From: a virus
IMG/VR virus record: IMGVR_UViG_3300037258_000301
Coordinates: 32,001-96,000 of that record
Direction: 5' to 3' (one strand)
DNA length: 64,000 nt
Under the pieces are notes generated by a model that saw nothing but the letters and a program-made list of their open reading frames with translations, searched no databases and was not told where the DNA came from. Shown piece by piece: positions 45,475-55,537 of the stretch (the stretch's first letter is position 1; the number at the start of each line of letters is the position of its first letter). The position numbers were made by a program, and so were the translations under genes.

Positions 45475-48162
45475 ATGCCTCGTGAAGGACGACATCGCGC
45501 TGAACGCGGGGATCAGGCTGCCCAGGCCCAGCGTGACCGCATGCAGCAGATGGCCGCTGGTCTTCCCAGCAACGGCGGTATCGGGGGCGGTGGTGGCAGT
45601 TACAACACCAAGAACCCGATGCCGGTCAACGTCGTCACCGGCCAGCAGGACTTCTTCGACAAGCTGTCCAAAGCGCTGGGGATCTCCGACGCCGAACATG
45701 GTCTCACCGGCGGGGGTGGTCTTGGCCTGGGCAATCTCAGCAAACAATTCCAGGCCATGGTCACTGAGCAGCGTGCCCAGACGCAGGTGCTGAATCAGTC
45801 TCTGCGCGAACAGCAACTCACCAACCAGATCCTCATCAGCATGCGGAGTGGAGTGGGTGGAGTGGGTGGAGTGGGTGGAGTGGGTGGCACACCTCCCATT
45901 CCTGGGATGCCCCCGATGCCTCGGGGCGGCCCTCGTGGCCCGTATGGTTACACACCCTTCGGCGGCCCTGCTGGATCCTCGACCGGCTCTCCGGCCAGCG
46001 ACCCGTCGTTGCGTCGACAGGTGAACAACCACTACTACAACAACGGGGGCGCTCCCGCTCAGCACTTTCGGTTCGGTGCGGCCGGCGGTCGTGCCCCACA
46101 GAGCATGGGGACGCTGCAACACCGGGCAGCACATGCCATTCACAACCAGTGGGGTGCGGGGCAACAGCCGGTCCTGCACAGGATTCCGGCCTTTGATGCT
46201 GGCGGTAATCCTTACACCAAAGCGATCCGTGAAGATCCCGACGGTACATTCACCGACATCACCACCGACGACGCGCAAGTGGATGCTCTGGCTGGGGGAC
46301 CTAGCGCCGGCAGGATGGCCGCCTCGGGATTTGCCAGCGGGTTCGCTGAAGACGGCGTCATGGGTGGCTTGCGGGCGACGCCGGGTCTCGGTCTTATCGT
46401 GGGTGCCGCCGAGGGAGTCAACAGGGGTGCCGAGTGGCTGACCAACCAACGTGCGGCGAACGCTCAATACCAGTCCATCTACAACCAAGGAAACGTCGGA
46501 AACATCTTCGGCGACATCGGCTCGTTCCTCAACGGAGGCGCGGGAGGATCCACTAGTGGTCTCGGCAACCGGATGGGCGAAGAAGGCTTCGTTCTGTCCA
46601 ACCGCTTCTCCGCAGGAGGGCTGGACTCGCAGAGTGCCCGTCAGCTCTATCAAGGAGTGGCGAGTCTCGGTTTCTCCGGTAGTCAACAGTCGCAGGCACT
46701 CCAGCTCGGCCAGCAAGGCTATGCCTCGATGGGCATGCCGGTGGACCAGTGGCTGCAAGCGGTTTCGCTCTCCGCGCAGAACCTGAACGGTGACCTCTCC
46801 AACCTTTCCCAGCAGATGACTACCGTGTCTCAGGCGGCCGTCTCGACCGGGCAAAACGCCAATACCCTCCGAGAATCCCTGATTGGCAACTACCAAGCCG
46901 TTGGTTCGATGGTGACCGGGGCTGGGCAGTCCTCCCTTGCGGGAGCACTCACCATGGCCAACCTGGGTACCAGCCGTGCCTTCGCGGGCATGAGCGAAGC
47001 CGGGATGATCAATAACCCGGTCACTCTCAATATGGCGGCATCCAGTCAGGGCATGACCGCCAACCAGCTGCTCACCCAGGCCAACAACGGCAACGTCGGT
47101 CCACTGGCCACCGGCATCCAGAGTACTGAGACGTCACTGCTCGGCAACCTGGTCAGCCCTACGATGCGTGCCGCACTCAACCAGTTCGTCTCGGCTCACG
47201 GCGGAGCAGCCAACGTTCTGAATAGTCCCAACACCCTCCAGAACGCCGGCCAGGCGATGATGGCCGCGTCCAACATCCCTCCCGCGATGATTCCCCAGTT
47301 CATGCAGCAGATCGGCATGACGCCAGGCGCAAACATCGAGGACGACTACGCCAAGATCGCGCAGACGATTCTGGGTTCTGGTGTAGGAGGGGCAGCGGCG
47401 GCGAATAGTGGAGTCACTCCACTAGGCAGTTCACAACTGGCCGGAGCGGGCCAGATCAACGCGAACCCCACCGGGTATCAAGCCGTCACCACCGGTGGGA
47501 TCGCTGGCGCCGCACAGGCAGCCAAGGGGGCGAACGGAGGCTGGATCGCCTCCTCGATCGGACAGTCCGGGACAGCGGCCGACAAGGGGCTGGCGAGCTG
47601 GTTCGGCTCGAACACGAACGCCTCCTCAACGGCAGCCATCGCCGCGTACGGGCAGACCGAATCGAAGTACAAGGTCTCCGACCCCGCCATCTCGACGTTG
47701 ATCCAGTCCATCGGCAATGACCCCAACGTCGGTATCGCGGTCACCACGTCCAAGGGGGATGAGGTGGTCTCCCTGGACAACGCCATCCGACTGTTCCCCG
47801 ACCAGATCGCCAACGGGTCCGCCAAGATCGTCGGCGGTCCGAATGATGGCAAGACGGTCGGGCAGGTCGCAGGTCAGGACCAGGGTAAGAACCCGTATGG
47901 CAACAGCACCGGCAAGGCCCCTGCGTCTGGCGGCATCCAGGGGTCGGGCAAGACGACGGCCGAGCAGGCATGGGCCAAGCAACACCCCGACTCTGACACC
48001 CAGACCTCCGGACAGAACGGCTCCGGCTCCTCGGGCACCGTCACCATCGGCCTTACCGATGCTGCCTCACAACTACTGACCATCGCCGGCTCCACCGGCA
48101 ACGTCAACACCGCCAACGCCGCCGGTGGAGTTCCGGTGCCCACCTCGGGGGTGTCGCACTGA
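45475..48162 (+). CDS. Tape measure protein
   Basis: After chaperones; 895 aa, A/G/Q/S-rich helical composition. Confidence 0.8.
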   Translation: MPREGRHRAERGDQAAQAQRDRMQQMAAGLPSNGGIGGGGGSYNTKNPMPVNVVTGQQDFFDKLSKALGISDAEHGLTGGGGLGLGNLSKQFQAMVTEQRAQTQVLNQSLREQQLTNQILISMRSGVGGVGGVGGVGGTPPIPGMPPMPRGGPRGPYGYTPFGGPAGSSTGSPASDPSLRRQVNNHYYNNGGAPAQHFRFGAAGGRAPQSMGTLQHRAAHAIHNQWGAGQQPVLHRIPAFDAGGNPYTKAIREDPDGTFTDITTDDAQVDALAGGPSAGRMAASGFASGFAEDGVMGGLRATPGLGLIVGAAEGVNRGAEWLTNQRAANAQYQSIYNQGNVGNIFGDIGSFLNGGAGGSTSGLGNRMGEEGFVLSNRFSAGGLDSQSARQLYQGVASLGFSGSQQSQALQLGQQGYASMGMPVDQWLQAVSLSAQNLNGDLSNLSQQMTTVSQAAVSTGQNANTLRESLIGNYQAVGSMVTGAGQSSLAGALTMANLGTSRAFAGMSEAGMINNPVTLNMAASSQGMTANQLLTQANNGNVGPLATGIQSTETSLLGNLVSPTMRAALNQFVSAHGGAANVLNSPNTLQNAGQAMMAASNIPPAMIPQFMQQIGMTPGANIEDDYAKIAQTILGSGVGGAAAANSGVTPLGSSQLAGAGQINANPTGYQAVTTGGIAGAAQAAKGANGGWIASSIGQSGTAADKGLASWFGSNTNASSTAAIAAYGQTESKYKVSDPAISTLIQSIGNDPNVGIAVTTSKGDEVVSLDNAIRLFPDQIANGSAKIVGGPNDGKTVGQVAGQDQGKNPYGNSTGKAPASGGIQGSGKTTAEQAWAKQHPDSDTQTSGQNGSGSSGTVTIGLTDAASQLLTIAGSTGNVNTANAAGGVPVPTSGVSH
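45850..45885 (+). repeat. Perfect 9-bp tandem repeat (GGAGTGGGT)x4 encoding GVG
   Basis: Four identical in-frame copies. Confidence 0.9.
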
Positions 48163-48851
48163 TGGCTATCGCCACCATCGGCGGAGTTCCCTTCAGAATC
48201 AACCCGAGCCAGGTGTCCTGGACCTATGACGTGGACACCAACGTCATCCCCACCATCGGTGGGCGAGTGGTGCAGATCCTCGGGATCACCCTCGGCGATA
48301 TGACCATTCAAGGCATGTACGGCGTCGATCGAGCCAACCAGCAGGAGAGCTGGGTACTCGCACAGAACTTCACCGACTCGATCGCCAACCTGGTCGAGAT
48401 CCAGTCCGCACTCCCCTCGGCCGCTCAACTTTCCGGCGTCGACACGACCCCGATGCAGCCCACCCACCGGTTCTTCTTCGACGACACCGCCGACACGCTG
48501 CCGGGCTACCCGAGTCATCACTGGGACTTCCAGGTCTACGTCAAGGGGCTGATCGACCTCGACGAGGATGGCAGCTACGTCATCGGGCATCGCACCGGTA
48601 AGTACAGCTACCGCTACCAGCTCACCCTGTTCATCGTCGAGGACAACACCGGGACCCTGGCCAAGGTCGCCCAGGACGCCTTCCTGGATCGGCTTGCCAC
48701 TGGTGTGGGTTGGAAGCAGAGTGACTATAACGGTCCGATGACCCTCAATGACCTTCAGACCTACCTGACCCAGAACAGTCCAGACTCCACCATCCACGGG
48801 CTCGTGCTTCAGGAGTTCGAGAATGCTTCACAGGGGCCCACTGCGCCCTAA
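48162..48851 (+). CDS. Tail tube initiator/baseplate protein
   Basis: F.INPSQV.W...T.GGRVVQ after TMP. Confidence 0.6.
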   Translation: MAIATIGGVPFRINPSQVSWTYDVDTNVIPTIGGRVVQILGITLGDMTIQGMYGVDRANQQESWVLAQNFTDSIANLVEIQSALPSAAQLSGVDTTPMQPTHRFFFDDTADTLPGYPSHHWDFQVYVKGLIDLDEDGSYVIGHRTGKYSYRYQLTLFIVEDNTGTLAKVAQDAFLDRLATGVGWKQSDYNGPMTLNDLQTYLTQNSPDSTIHGLVLQEFENASQGPTAP

Positions 48852-48870
48852 GGAGAGGAAGGAGGGTGTG

Positions 48871-49065
48871 ATGGCGACCAAGAGCTGGGGCACCGACACC
48901 ATTATCTCGATGCCGGCCCCGTTGCGTCCAGGCCAGACTCCCCTTGTCGATATGGGGATGTTCGCGATGACTGATACCGGTCTCGCCCATAATTTGTCGG
49001 TTACCGACCTGGAGGCGTATCTCAATCCGACCTACCAGCCACCCAAAACTCCGCAGGTGTTCTGA
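48871..49065 (+). CDS. Small hypothetical protein
   Basis: AAGGAGG RBS. Confidence 0.6.
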   Translation: MATKSWGTDTIISMPAPLRPGQTPLVDMGMFAMTDTGLAHNLSVTDLEAYLNPTYQPPKTPQVF

Positions 49066-49772
49066 TGGTCGCATCGGTCGATGGAGTCGCAAACGCCAAC
49101 TGCACCCTGTCCTACACCACCAATACTGACGCCTACTCTTTCGGTACCAAAGTGCGGGGAATATCGTCGGGCTGGACAGTATTGGCCACGGAGTCACATG
49201 CACGGCTACATCGAGCGATGTATCCCATGCAGAAGACCGAGGGTCCATTCCAGCTCACGATGGAACTTAATGGCTATACCGAGTTCCACAAACTGATGAC
49301 GTTTCTGATTAACTATGCTGGTGCGTTGCTGGGTACGGCTGCCAACCCCGCCGGGACACCTCAGACTTCGGCGATGACCGTGCTCGCTGAACAGCCGGAC
49401 GGCTTGGGAAGCTTCTTCCAGATCGGCATCCCCTTCACCGGCATGTACGACGATGATCATGTAGGCAGCATGGTGTTCAACCCCACCGTCGTGTTCATGC
49501 CGGTCCTGGACCCCAGCAGTCCCACCATCTACAACAATGCCACCGGCGCGGGCGGGATCTCCTGGGAGAACTTCGTCAACACCGACAACGGAGATGCCAG
49601 TCAGTTCTACTATCCACGTTCCGTGGGGGAGTCCGATCCGACTGGCGTTTCCCAAAGCTTGTACGACATTCCCCTCACCACCGCGTCCAACTCCCAGACG
49701 CCCACCAGCTCGAACTCCAGCAGCCCCATTCAGGTTCCGTCACTGCCAGGCCCCATTGGCGCTAGCTACTAA
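49065..49772 (+). CDS. Minor tail/baseplate protein
   Basis: Position in the baseplate operon. Confidence 0.6.
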   Translation: MVASVDGVANANCTLSYTTNTDAYSFGTKVRGISSGWTVLATESHARLHRAMYPMQKTEGPFQLTMELNGYTEFHKLMTFLINYAGALLGTAANPAGTPQTSAMTVLAEQPDGLGSFFQIGIPFTGMYDDDHVGSMVFNPTVVFMPVLDPSSPTIYNNATGAGGISWENFVNTDNGDASQFYYPRSVGESDPTGVSQSLYDIPLTTASNSQTPTSSNSSSPIQVPSLPGPIGASY

Positions 49773-49780
49773 GGGGGTCG

Positions 49781-52438
49781 ATTCCAGCGAGCACTCTGGT
49801 ATACAATCCTCGCGTTCAGGCGCACGTCCAAATTACCGACAAACAAGGCAACACTCAGATATTGGATCTCAGCGAAGATCTGGTGCAGGGCAGCCTTGCG
49901 ATCCGGTCCAATGCGCTGCACACATTCCAATTTCAACTTCAGAACACCCAGCGCAAGTACGACGGCCTGCTCCGACCCATGGACAAAATCGTCGTCACGA
50001 TGACTCGTATTGGTGCCCCAGCTCGGGTGTTCAGCGGTTACCTGAACAACGGACCGGTCTTCTCCGTCTGGCCGCGCGTCATCTCCATTTCTGCCACCTG
50101 CACTCTCAAGCGGCTGGCCTACTGGTCCTGGGACTCCACCTCTCCGGCGGCCAGCACCCTGTTGTCCGAGTGGAATACCACCACCAACGCGGCAGCCCCG
50201 AGCGGAACGCCCACTGTTGGTAGTCAGTCTTCCGCTGCCGACGGCGGCCTTCGTGACCTGGTGATCGACCTGCTCACCAAGGTGTGCAACTGGCCCCAGG
50301 GACAGATCCATGTCGGCTCGATCCCGCCGGCTTGGTTCTCTTTCGCTCAGGCCATCGGTGACGAGATCGTCGCGGCGGCTGACGAGTCGAATCTGATCGG
50401 CAACCTCGGCGGTACCGCATCGGTCGGCGGCAACAGCATCGCCTCCGGTGCCCAGCTCCCGGCCGGCAACTACGGCGGCGTCACACTCAGCACCGAGCAG
50501 GCCCAGAACGCTTCGATCATCTATGCGGTCGCGGCGAGCATGAACCTCACCGCACACGACGCGTCGCTGGGCATCGGATGTGCGATGCAGGAAGCCGGCC
50601 TCATCAACCTCACCACCGGTAATGCTGACTCCGTCGGTCTGTTCCAGCAGCGGCCGAGCCAGGGGTGGGGCACTGTGGCCCAATGCGAAGATCCCACGCA
50701 TGCTTCAACCCAGTTCTTTCAGCATCTCACCCGCGTCCCCAGTTATGAGACTCTCCCGTACACCCAGGCCATCCAGGCGGTCCAGCGCTCGGCCTTCCCC
50801 TTCGCGTACGCCAAGTGGCAGCAATTCTCCGACGCGGCAGTGGCCAAACTCCAAACCCTCAACGTCAACAGTTCCAATGCACAAAGTTTGCTCAACACCA
50901 CCAGCAACTCCGGTCTGGGTGCGGCGACTCCATCCGGCGCGACCGGTCGTAACGTTGCCGCCTACGGCTACAACCTGATCACTAGCCACGCCAGCAACCC
51001 GATCCACTACACGCTGGGCGGTGACAGCCCCGACACAACGGCCGCTGCGCAGGTTCAGCAGCTCGACTGCTCATCGTTCGTACAATGGGCCTACTACCAC
51101 GCCAGCAACGTCCACCTGGTGCGTACAGCGGCTCAGCAGCAGGCCGCGTGCAGTCGGCAGCTTCCCGCTTCGGTCGGCCAGTTCATCAAGGGTGCCGTAC
51201 TGTTCTCTGAGCCGGGTCATATCGAGTTGAGTTTGGGCAATGGCTACACCGCCGCCGCACATTCCTCCAGTTTTCCGCTCGGCGAATTCGGTCAGTGCCA
51301 GGTATCGATCGCCTACAACGGCCCCAGCTTCACCACGGCGGGCCTACTGCCCGGGATCGACTACACCGACGCGGCCACCACCCAGGCCGCCGCAGACGCC
51401 CTCACGGCCCTCACCGGTACTCAACACACCGTGTCCAACCCCGCCGAGTTTCCCGGAGATGGCAGCGGCGCCACCACTCCCGGTGCGGCCGGATCAGCGA
51501 GTAGTGGTGGAGATAGCGCGGCCTCGGTTTTCAACGCCTTGATCAACGTCTACACGTGGGGTTACACCCCCTCCGTGGAAGGGCAGGTACTAGCCGGTCC
51601 GCGCGCCCTGATGAACGACGACCCGATCCTGCCCTTCGTCGCCAACCTGATGCAGGCCAGTATGCGATCGTGGTGTTCGGCCCCCAACGGCGACTTCATG
51701 GCCTGGTTCCCGGACTACTTCAACATCTGGAACTACGCCGGCATCATGACCATCCAGCCGATCGAGTTGATGGACTTCACCGTCGACTGGGAAGACACCA
51801 ACATCGTGACCCATCAATACGTGATTGGGTCGATCCCCGGCATGGGCACCGTCGTCGATCAAGGATCCGGCAACCTTACGTCGACCACCAGCATCGGACT
51901 GCTCCAGGAGCTGGACAGTCAGGGCATCGCCACCATGGACTTCCCTCAGATCTTTCGAGCGATCTTCGGGCAGGATGCCACCCAGGACTTCCTCACCGAA
52001 TACCTCAATCGCTTCGGCGCCCGCCCCGACATTCAGCAGGTGCCTTCCATCCAGCAGGGTCGGCCCGAGTTCTTCCTGGCCCTCTACTTGTTCATGCAAC
52101 ACTGGGCCAACCAGTTCACCGCAACGGTGCCGATGACCTTCATGCCCGAGCTGTGGCCCGGCATGATCATGCAGATTCCGGCCTTCTCGTTTCAGTGCTA
52201 CACCGTCAACGTCTATCACAGCTTCGTGTTCGGCCCGAACGGATCATTCACCACCAATGCCGACATCTGCGCTCCGGCCCGCATGGGGGACGCCGACAAG
52301 ATGAGCGTGTTCGGCATGCTTCCCGTCGGCGGCCAGAGCTATCTCGGCACCCAAACCGGGCAGGACCCCTCGGTACCCACCACGGGCGCGCCGGTCACAC
52401 CCACGGGACATGGCCTACTGAGCCCACTGACGGAATGA
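49781..52438 (+). CDS. Baseplate hub with lysozyme-like and NlpC/P60 peptidoglycan hydrolase domains (start uncertain: ATT 49781 or TTG 49862)
   Basis: MQEAGL.NL...DSVGLFQQRPSQGWG; Y.LGG...LDCSSFVQWAY...GHI...H; FMPELWPGM hub motif. Confidence 0.8.
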   Translation: MPASTLVYNPRVQAHVQITDKQGNTQILDLSEDLVQGSLAIRSNALHTFQFQLQNTQRKYDGLLRPMDKIVVTMTRIGAPARVFSGYLNNGPVFSVWPRVISISATCTLKRLAYWSWDSTSPAASTLLSEWNTTTNAAAPSGTPTVGSQSSAADGGLRDLVIDLLTKVCNWPQGQIHVGSIPPAWFSFAQAIGDEIVAAADESNLIGNLGGTASVGGNSIASGAQLPAGNYGGVTLSTEQAQNASIIYAVAASMNLTAHDASLGIGCAMQEAGLINLTTGNADSVGLFQQRPSQGWGTVAQCEDPTHASTQFFQHLTRVPSYETLPYTQAIQAVQRSAFPFAYAKWQQFSDAAVAKLQTLNVNSSNAQSLLNTTSNSGLGAATPSGATGRNVAAYGYNLITSHASNPIHYTLGGDSPDTTAAAQVQQLDCSSFVQWAYYHASNVHLVRTAAQQQAACSRQLPASVGQFIKGAVLFSEPGHIELSLGNGYTAAAHSSSFPLGEFGQCQVSIAYNGPSFTTAGLLPGIDYTDAATTQAAADALTALTGTQHTVSNPAEFPGDGSGATTPGAAGSASSGGDSAASVFNALINVYTWGYTPSVEGQVLAGPRALMNDDPILPFVANLMQASMRSWCSAPNGDFMAWFPDYFNIWNYAGIMTIQPIELMDFTVDWEDTNIVTHQYVIGSIPGMGTVVDQGSGNLTSTTSIGLLQELDSQGIATMDFPQIFRAIFGQDATQDFLTEYLNRFGARPDIQQVPSIQQGRPEFFLALYLFMQHWANQFTATVPMTFMPELWPGMIMQIPAFSFQCYTVNVYHSFVFGPNGSFTTNADICAPARMGDADKMSVFGMLPVGGQSYLGTQTGQDPSVPTTGAPVTPTGHGLLSPLTE

Positions 52439-52445
52439 GGGACGC

Positions 52446-53198
52446 ATGGCCACCGCCGGAGGACCCAACGTCCCAGGCACGACAAGTCGAGGATCGACAC
52501 AGCTCGGGGTGACGGTGATGTCCGTCGATGGCCCAATCGCCGTGGTGCTCGATCAGACAGGACGCCAACTCCAGGTGCGACGCGACTTTCTGCGTGCCAA
52601 GGGGTACCTGCCACAGCCAGGTGAGCAGTGGCTCATCGACAAGGCACTCAACAACACCTGGACCTTCGCGTTGTGCTTGAGCGCGAGCAACAGCGTCGAC
52701 ACGGACGTGCAGGCACTTCAGAAATTTCAGGATGACACCGACAACGCCATCTGCATCCTCACGCTTGTCTCTCCCCAATCGATCATTTCTGATACCGATA
52801 CCTTCGCGACGATCGGATGGCAGGTCGAGTCCGACGCCTTGGGCATGGCCACCCTCAGCACCTCCGGAGGTACCCAGAGCTTCGTCACTACCGCCCGAGA
52901 GGGTCTCTACCGCCTTTCTCTACATGCCACGATTGGCTCGGTCTCAGGGGCGGCGATGGCCGCCTTCATCACCTACCAGACCCCCTCGGGGGCCGCATCG
53001 ATTGCCCGAGACAACCGCGTGTCAGTTCCGGCAGGTAGCGATGGCACCTGGGTGAATCCGGACCGCGAGGTCTACCTGGGGGCAGGAGTGAAGCTGTACT
53101 GGGGCTTCTGGTGCTCGGCCACCTCCACCCTGAACACCTCCGCGCTGAATCAGCCCACCGAGCTGGAGGTGCGCTGCTCGGTGCCGGCCCCGAGCTGA
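52446..53198 (+). CDS. Baseplate spike-like protein (OB-fold-like N-terminus, beta C-domain)
   Basis: LPQPGEQWLI; position between hub and gp25-like gene. Confidence 0.5.
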   Translation: MATAGGPNVPGTTSRGSTQLGVTVMSVDGPIAVVLDQTGRQLQVRRDFLRAKGYLPQPGEQWLIDKALNNTWTFALCLSASNSVDTDVQALQKFQDDTDNAICILTLVSPQSIISDTDTFATIGWQVESDALGMATLSTSGGTQSFVTTAREGLYRLSLHATIGSVSGAAMAAFITYQTPSGAASIARDNRVSVPAGSDGTWVNPDREVYLGAGVKLYWGFWCSATSTLNTSALNQPTELEVRCSVPAPS

Positions 53199-53234
53199 CT
53201 GTCTCGACGATGAAGGGCCAGCAGTAACTCGGAA
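53199..53234 (+). promoter_or_regulatory. Putative late promoter motif (CTGT-N22-TAA-N3-GGAA)
   Basis: Matches the recurring motif. Confidence 0.55.
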
Positions 53235-53249
53235 GGGAGGTGACGGTCC

Positions 53250-53699
53250 ATGATTCAACTCGGCCTCGTTCACGGCGATCTGATGATCGGTACCGACGGT
53301 AGCTATTTGGTCGTTACTGGGGCCCAACGTATCCAGCAAGATCTCACTTTGGCCCTGTCCGATGTTTATGGCACCGATCGCTTCCATCCATCCTGGGGAT
53401 CAATCCTGCCCGAGTACTTGGGCAACATTAACAACTCCACCATGCAGGCTTTGGTCAAGGCCGAAGTCAATCGCGTCCTCCAGAACTATTTGACCATTAC
53501 CCAAAGTGGCGTTATCCAACAGTCGATGACGAACGTGACCAATAACAACAATCCAGGTGCGTCCTACACCACTGCGGACGTTGTGCGTTCCGTCGATGCC
53601 ATTAACGTCTCCATGACCCTGGACACCATTTACGTCTCGGTCCAACTGACCACCCTGGCCGGCCAGAGCATCACCATCGGCCAGAAGGTAGGAAGCTGA
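53250..53699 (+). CDS. Baseplate wedge protein (gp25/gpW-like)
   Basis: GDL...V.G...I.QDL...G.DRFHP.WGS.L. Confidence 0.8.
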   Translation: MIQLGLVHGDLMIGTDGSYLVVTGAQRIQQDLTLALSDVYGTDRFHPSWGSILPEYLGNINNSTMQALVKAEVNRVLQNYLTITQSGVIQQSMTNVTNNNNPGASYTTADVVRSVDAINVSMTLDTIYVSVQLTTLAGQSITIGQKVGS

Positions 53700-53700
53700 C

Positions 53701-55536
53701 ATGCCCACCCAGTCGGACTATGCCGCCAACCTGGTGGCCGCCCTGGCCGCGTCCGAGCCCGACCTGGACACCTCCATCGGTACCCCGATCCGCAAGATCA
53801 TCGACGCCTTCGCCGAGCAACTCGCGGAAACCTCGGTCGACGCCAACCTGGTCACCTACCAGTACGACATCGACTCGAAGTCCGGCGGAGATCTCGACTC
53901 GTTCTGTGCGCTGTTCGGCATCACGAGGATCCCGGCCCAGCGGGCCCAGGGTGTCGTCACCTTCACTCGTCCCGATGACGCCTATGCCGCGACCACGATC
54001 TGCGTCGTCGCCTCAGGTACCCAGGTCGTGGCCTTCACCAACCCCTACATCTACGCCCAGACCACTCTGGCAGCGTCCCTGGGTGTCGGTCAGACGAGCG
54101 TCGACGTTCCGGTACAGGCCGTCATCGCGGGCTCGGCGGGCAACGTCGCGGCCGGCCTGCTCAGCACCATCGCTTCCAGCGTTTCTGGAGTGACCACCTG
54201 CGTCAACAACGACCCCCTCACCAATGGGTCCGATGCCGAGACCGATGCGGCGCTGCGGGCCCGCTTCAAGCAGACCGTCTTCCGATCCTTGGCCGGCACG
54301 AGCGCCATGTATGAGGCCGTAGCCCAGAGTGTGCCCACCGACCCCAGCACTCCCAGCACCTTCGCCGTCAGCGCGGTGAACGTGCTGGGCAGCTCGAAGC
54401 GTTACCGGGAACAGATCCAGGTCATCAGCGGTACCGCAACCTCCACCGTCACCAATGCGGCCTACATTTACGCCGATAACGTCTACTGCGGAACGGATAT
54501 CGACGCTGGCGCATTCCTTCAGCTCAGCACCGACTACACCTTCCAGCCCACCAATCCGTCGAATCGGTCCAACGCCACCGTCGTGATCACCTCAGCCAGC
54601 TCGAACATGCCCGACGGCTTGTACGACCTGGACTTCGAGTATGTACCCCAGTCCTCGCGCAATGATCCGGGCAACACTCGATTCGGCAATGGTGGCATCA
54701 ACAATCGAATCGACGTGTGGTGTGACGGTTCCATCCCCAGTGTGGCCACTCAGTCCGTCGTCTTCGAGAACAGCCTGACCTTCTCCAACCTGACGACGTC
54801 GCCGTACTACACCGGCTATTACACCAGTTCCAACTCCGCGTCGGGCACACCCACCACCGGAGCGATCTTCATTCCGCTGGTGTATGGGCCCATCACCAGC
54901 GTGCCCACCACGCTGAACATCGGCAGTACCGTCTACACCTACGGGACGGACTACTGGATCGTTTCGCGTAACGACTGCTTCGGTGGCGCACCCAACTCCA
55001 CCAGAGGAATCTTGTGGACGACCAATCCCTCCCGCATCCCGTCCAATGGCACCGCCTTCAGCATCCAGTACAACTACAACAGCGTCGCCTACGCGGTGCA
55101 GCAATCTATTCAGCAATGGCGGCTGGTCGGTACCGATGCGTGGATCCATGCCGGCGTGCAGGTTCCGATCAAGTTCAACCTCGCTGTCGTCTACAACCGA
55201 TCTTTCGACCCCACGGCAGTGAACACCTCGATCAACACAGCGCTGGCCACACTCTTGACCGGCTTGGGCTTCGATGCCGAACTGACGGTGTCCTCGGTAC
55301 TCAATGCGGTCTCCAACGTGCCCGGAGTACTGAACGTGCGCTTCTTGACGAGTACTGACGACGGTACGAACTACGCGATGCAGCAGATGTCGGTCTGGAG
55401 TTCAAACACCATCGTGAGCACCTACGCCTCGGCGGGCCGGGCCCAAGACGTCTTCTTCGCCGACAACCAGTACCCCGTCTTCTACGCGGCCAACCTTGTG
55501 CAGCGAGCGCCCAACTCGTTCTTGGTGGGGGCATGA
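53701..55536 (+). CDS. Baseplate J-like protein
   Basis: G.DLD...FGI.R..A..A.G.V.F; AG.AGNV; G.D.ETDA.LR.R. Confidence 0.9.
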   Translation: MPTQSDYAANLVAALAASEPDLDTSIGTPIRKIIDAFAEQLAETSVDANLVTYQYDIDSKSGGDLDSFCALFGITRIPAQRAQGVVTFTRPDDAYAATTICVVASGTQVVAFTNPYIYAQTTLAASLGVGQTSVDVPVQAVIAGSAGNVAAGLLSTIASSVSGVTTCVNNDPLTNGSDAETDAALRARFKQTVFRSLAGTSAMYEAVAQSVPTDPSTPSTFAVSAVNVLGSSKRYREQIQVISGTATSTVTNAAYIYADNVYCGTDIDAGAFLQLSTDYTFQPTNPSNRSNATVVITSASSNMPDGLYDLDFEYVPQSSRNDPGNTRFGNGGINNRIDVWCDGSIPSVATQSVVFENSLTFSNLTTSPYYTGYYTSSNSASGTPTTGAIFIPLVYGPITSVPTTLNIGSTVYTYGTDYWIVSRNDCFGGAPNSTRGILWTTNPSRIPSNGTAFSIQYNYNSVAYAVQQSIQQWRLVGTDAWIHAGVQVPIKFNLAVVYNRSFDPTAVNTSINTALATLLTGLGFDAELTVSSVLNAVSNVPGVLNVRFLTSTDDGTNYAMQQMSVWSSNTIVSTYASAGRAQDVFFADNQYPVFYAANLVQRAPNSFLVGA

Positions 55537-55537
55537 G

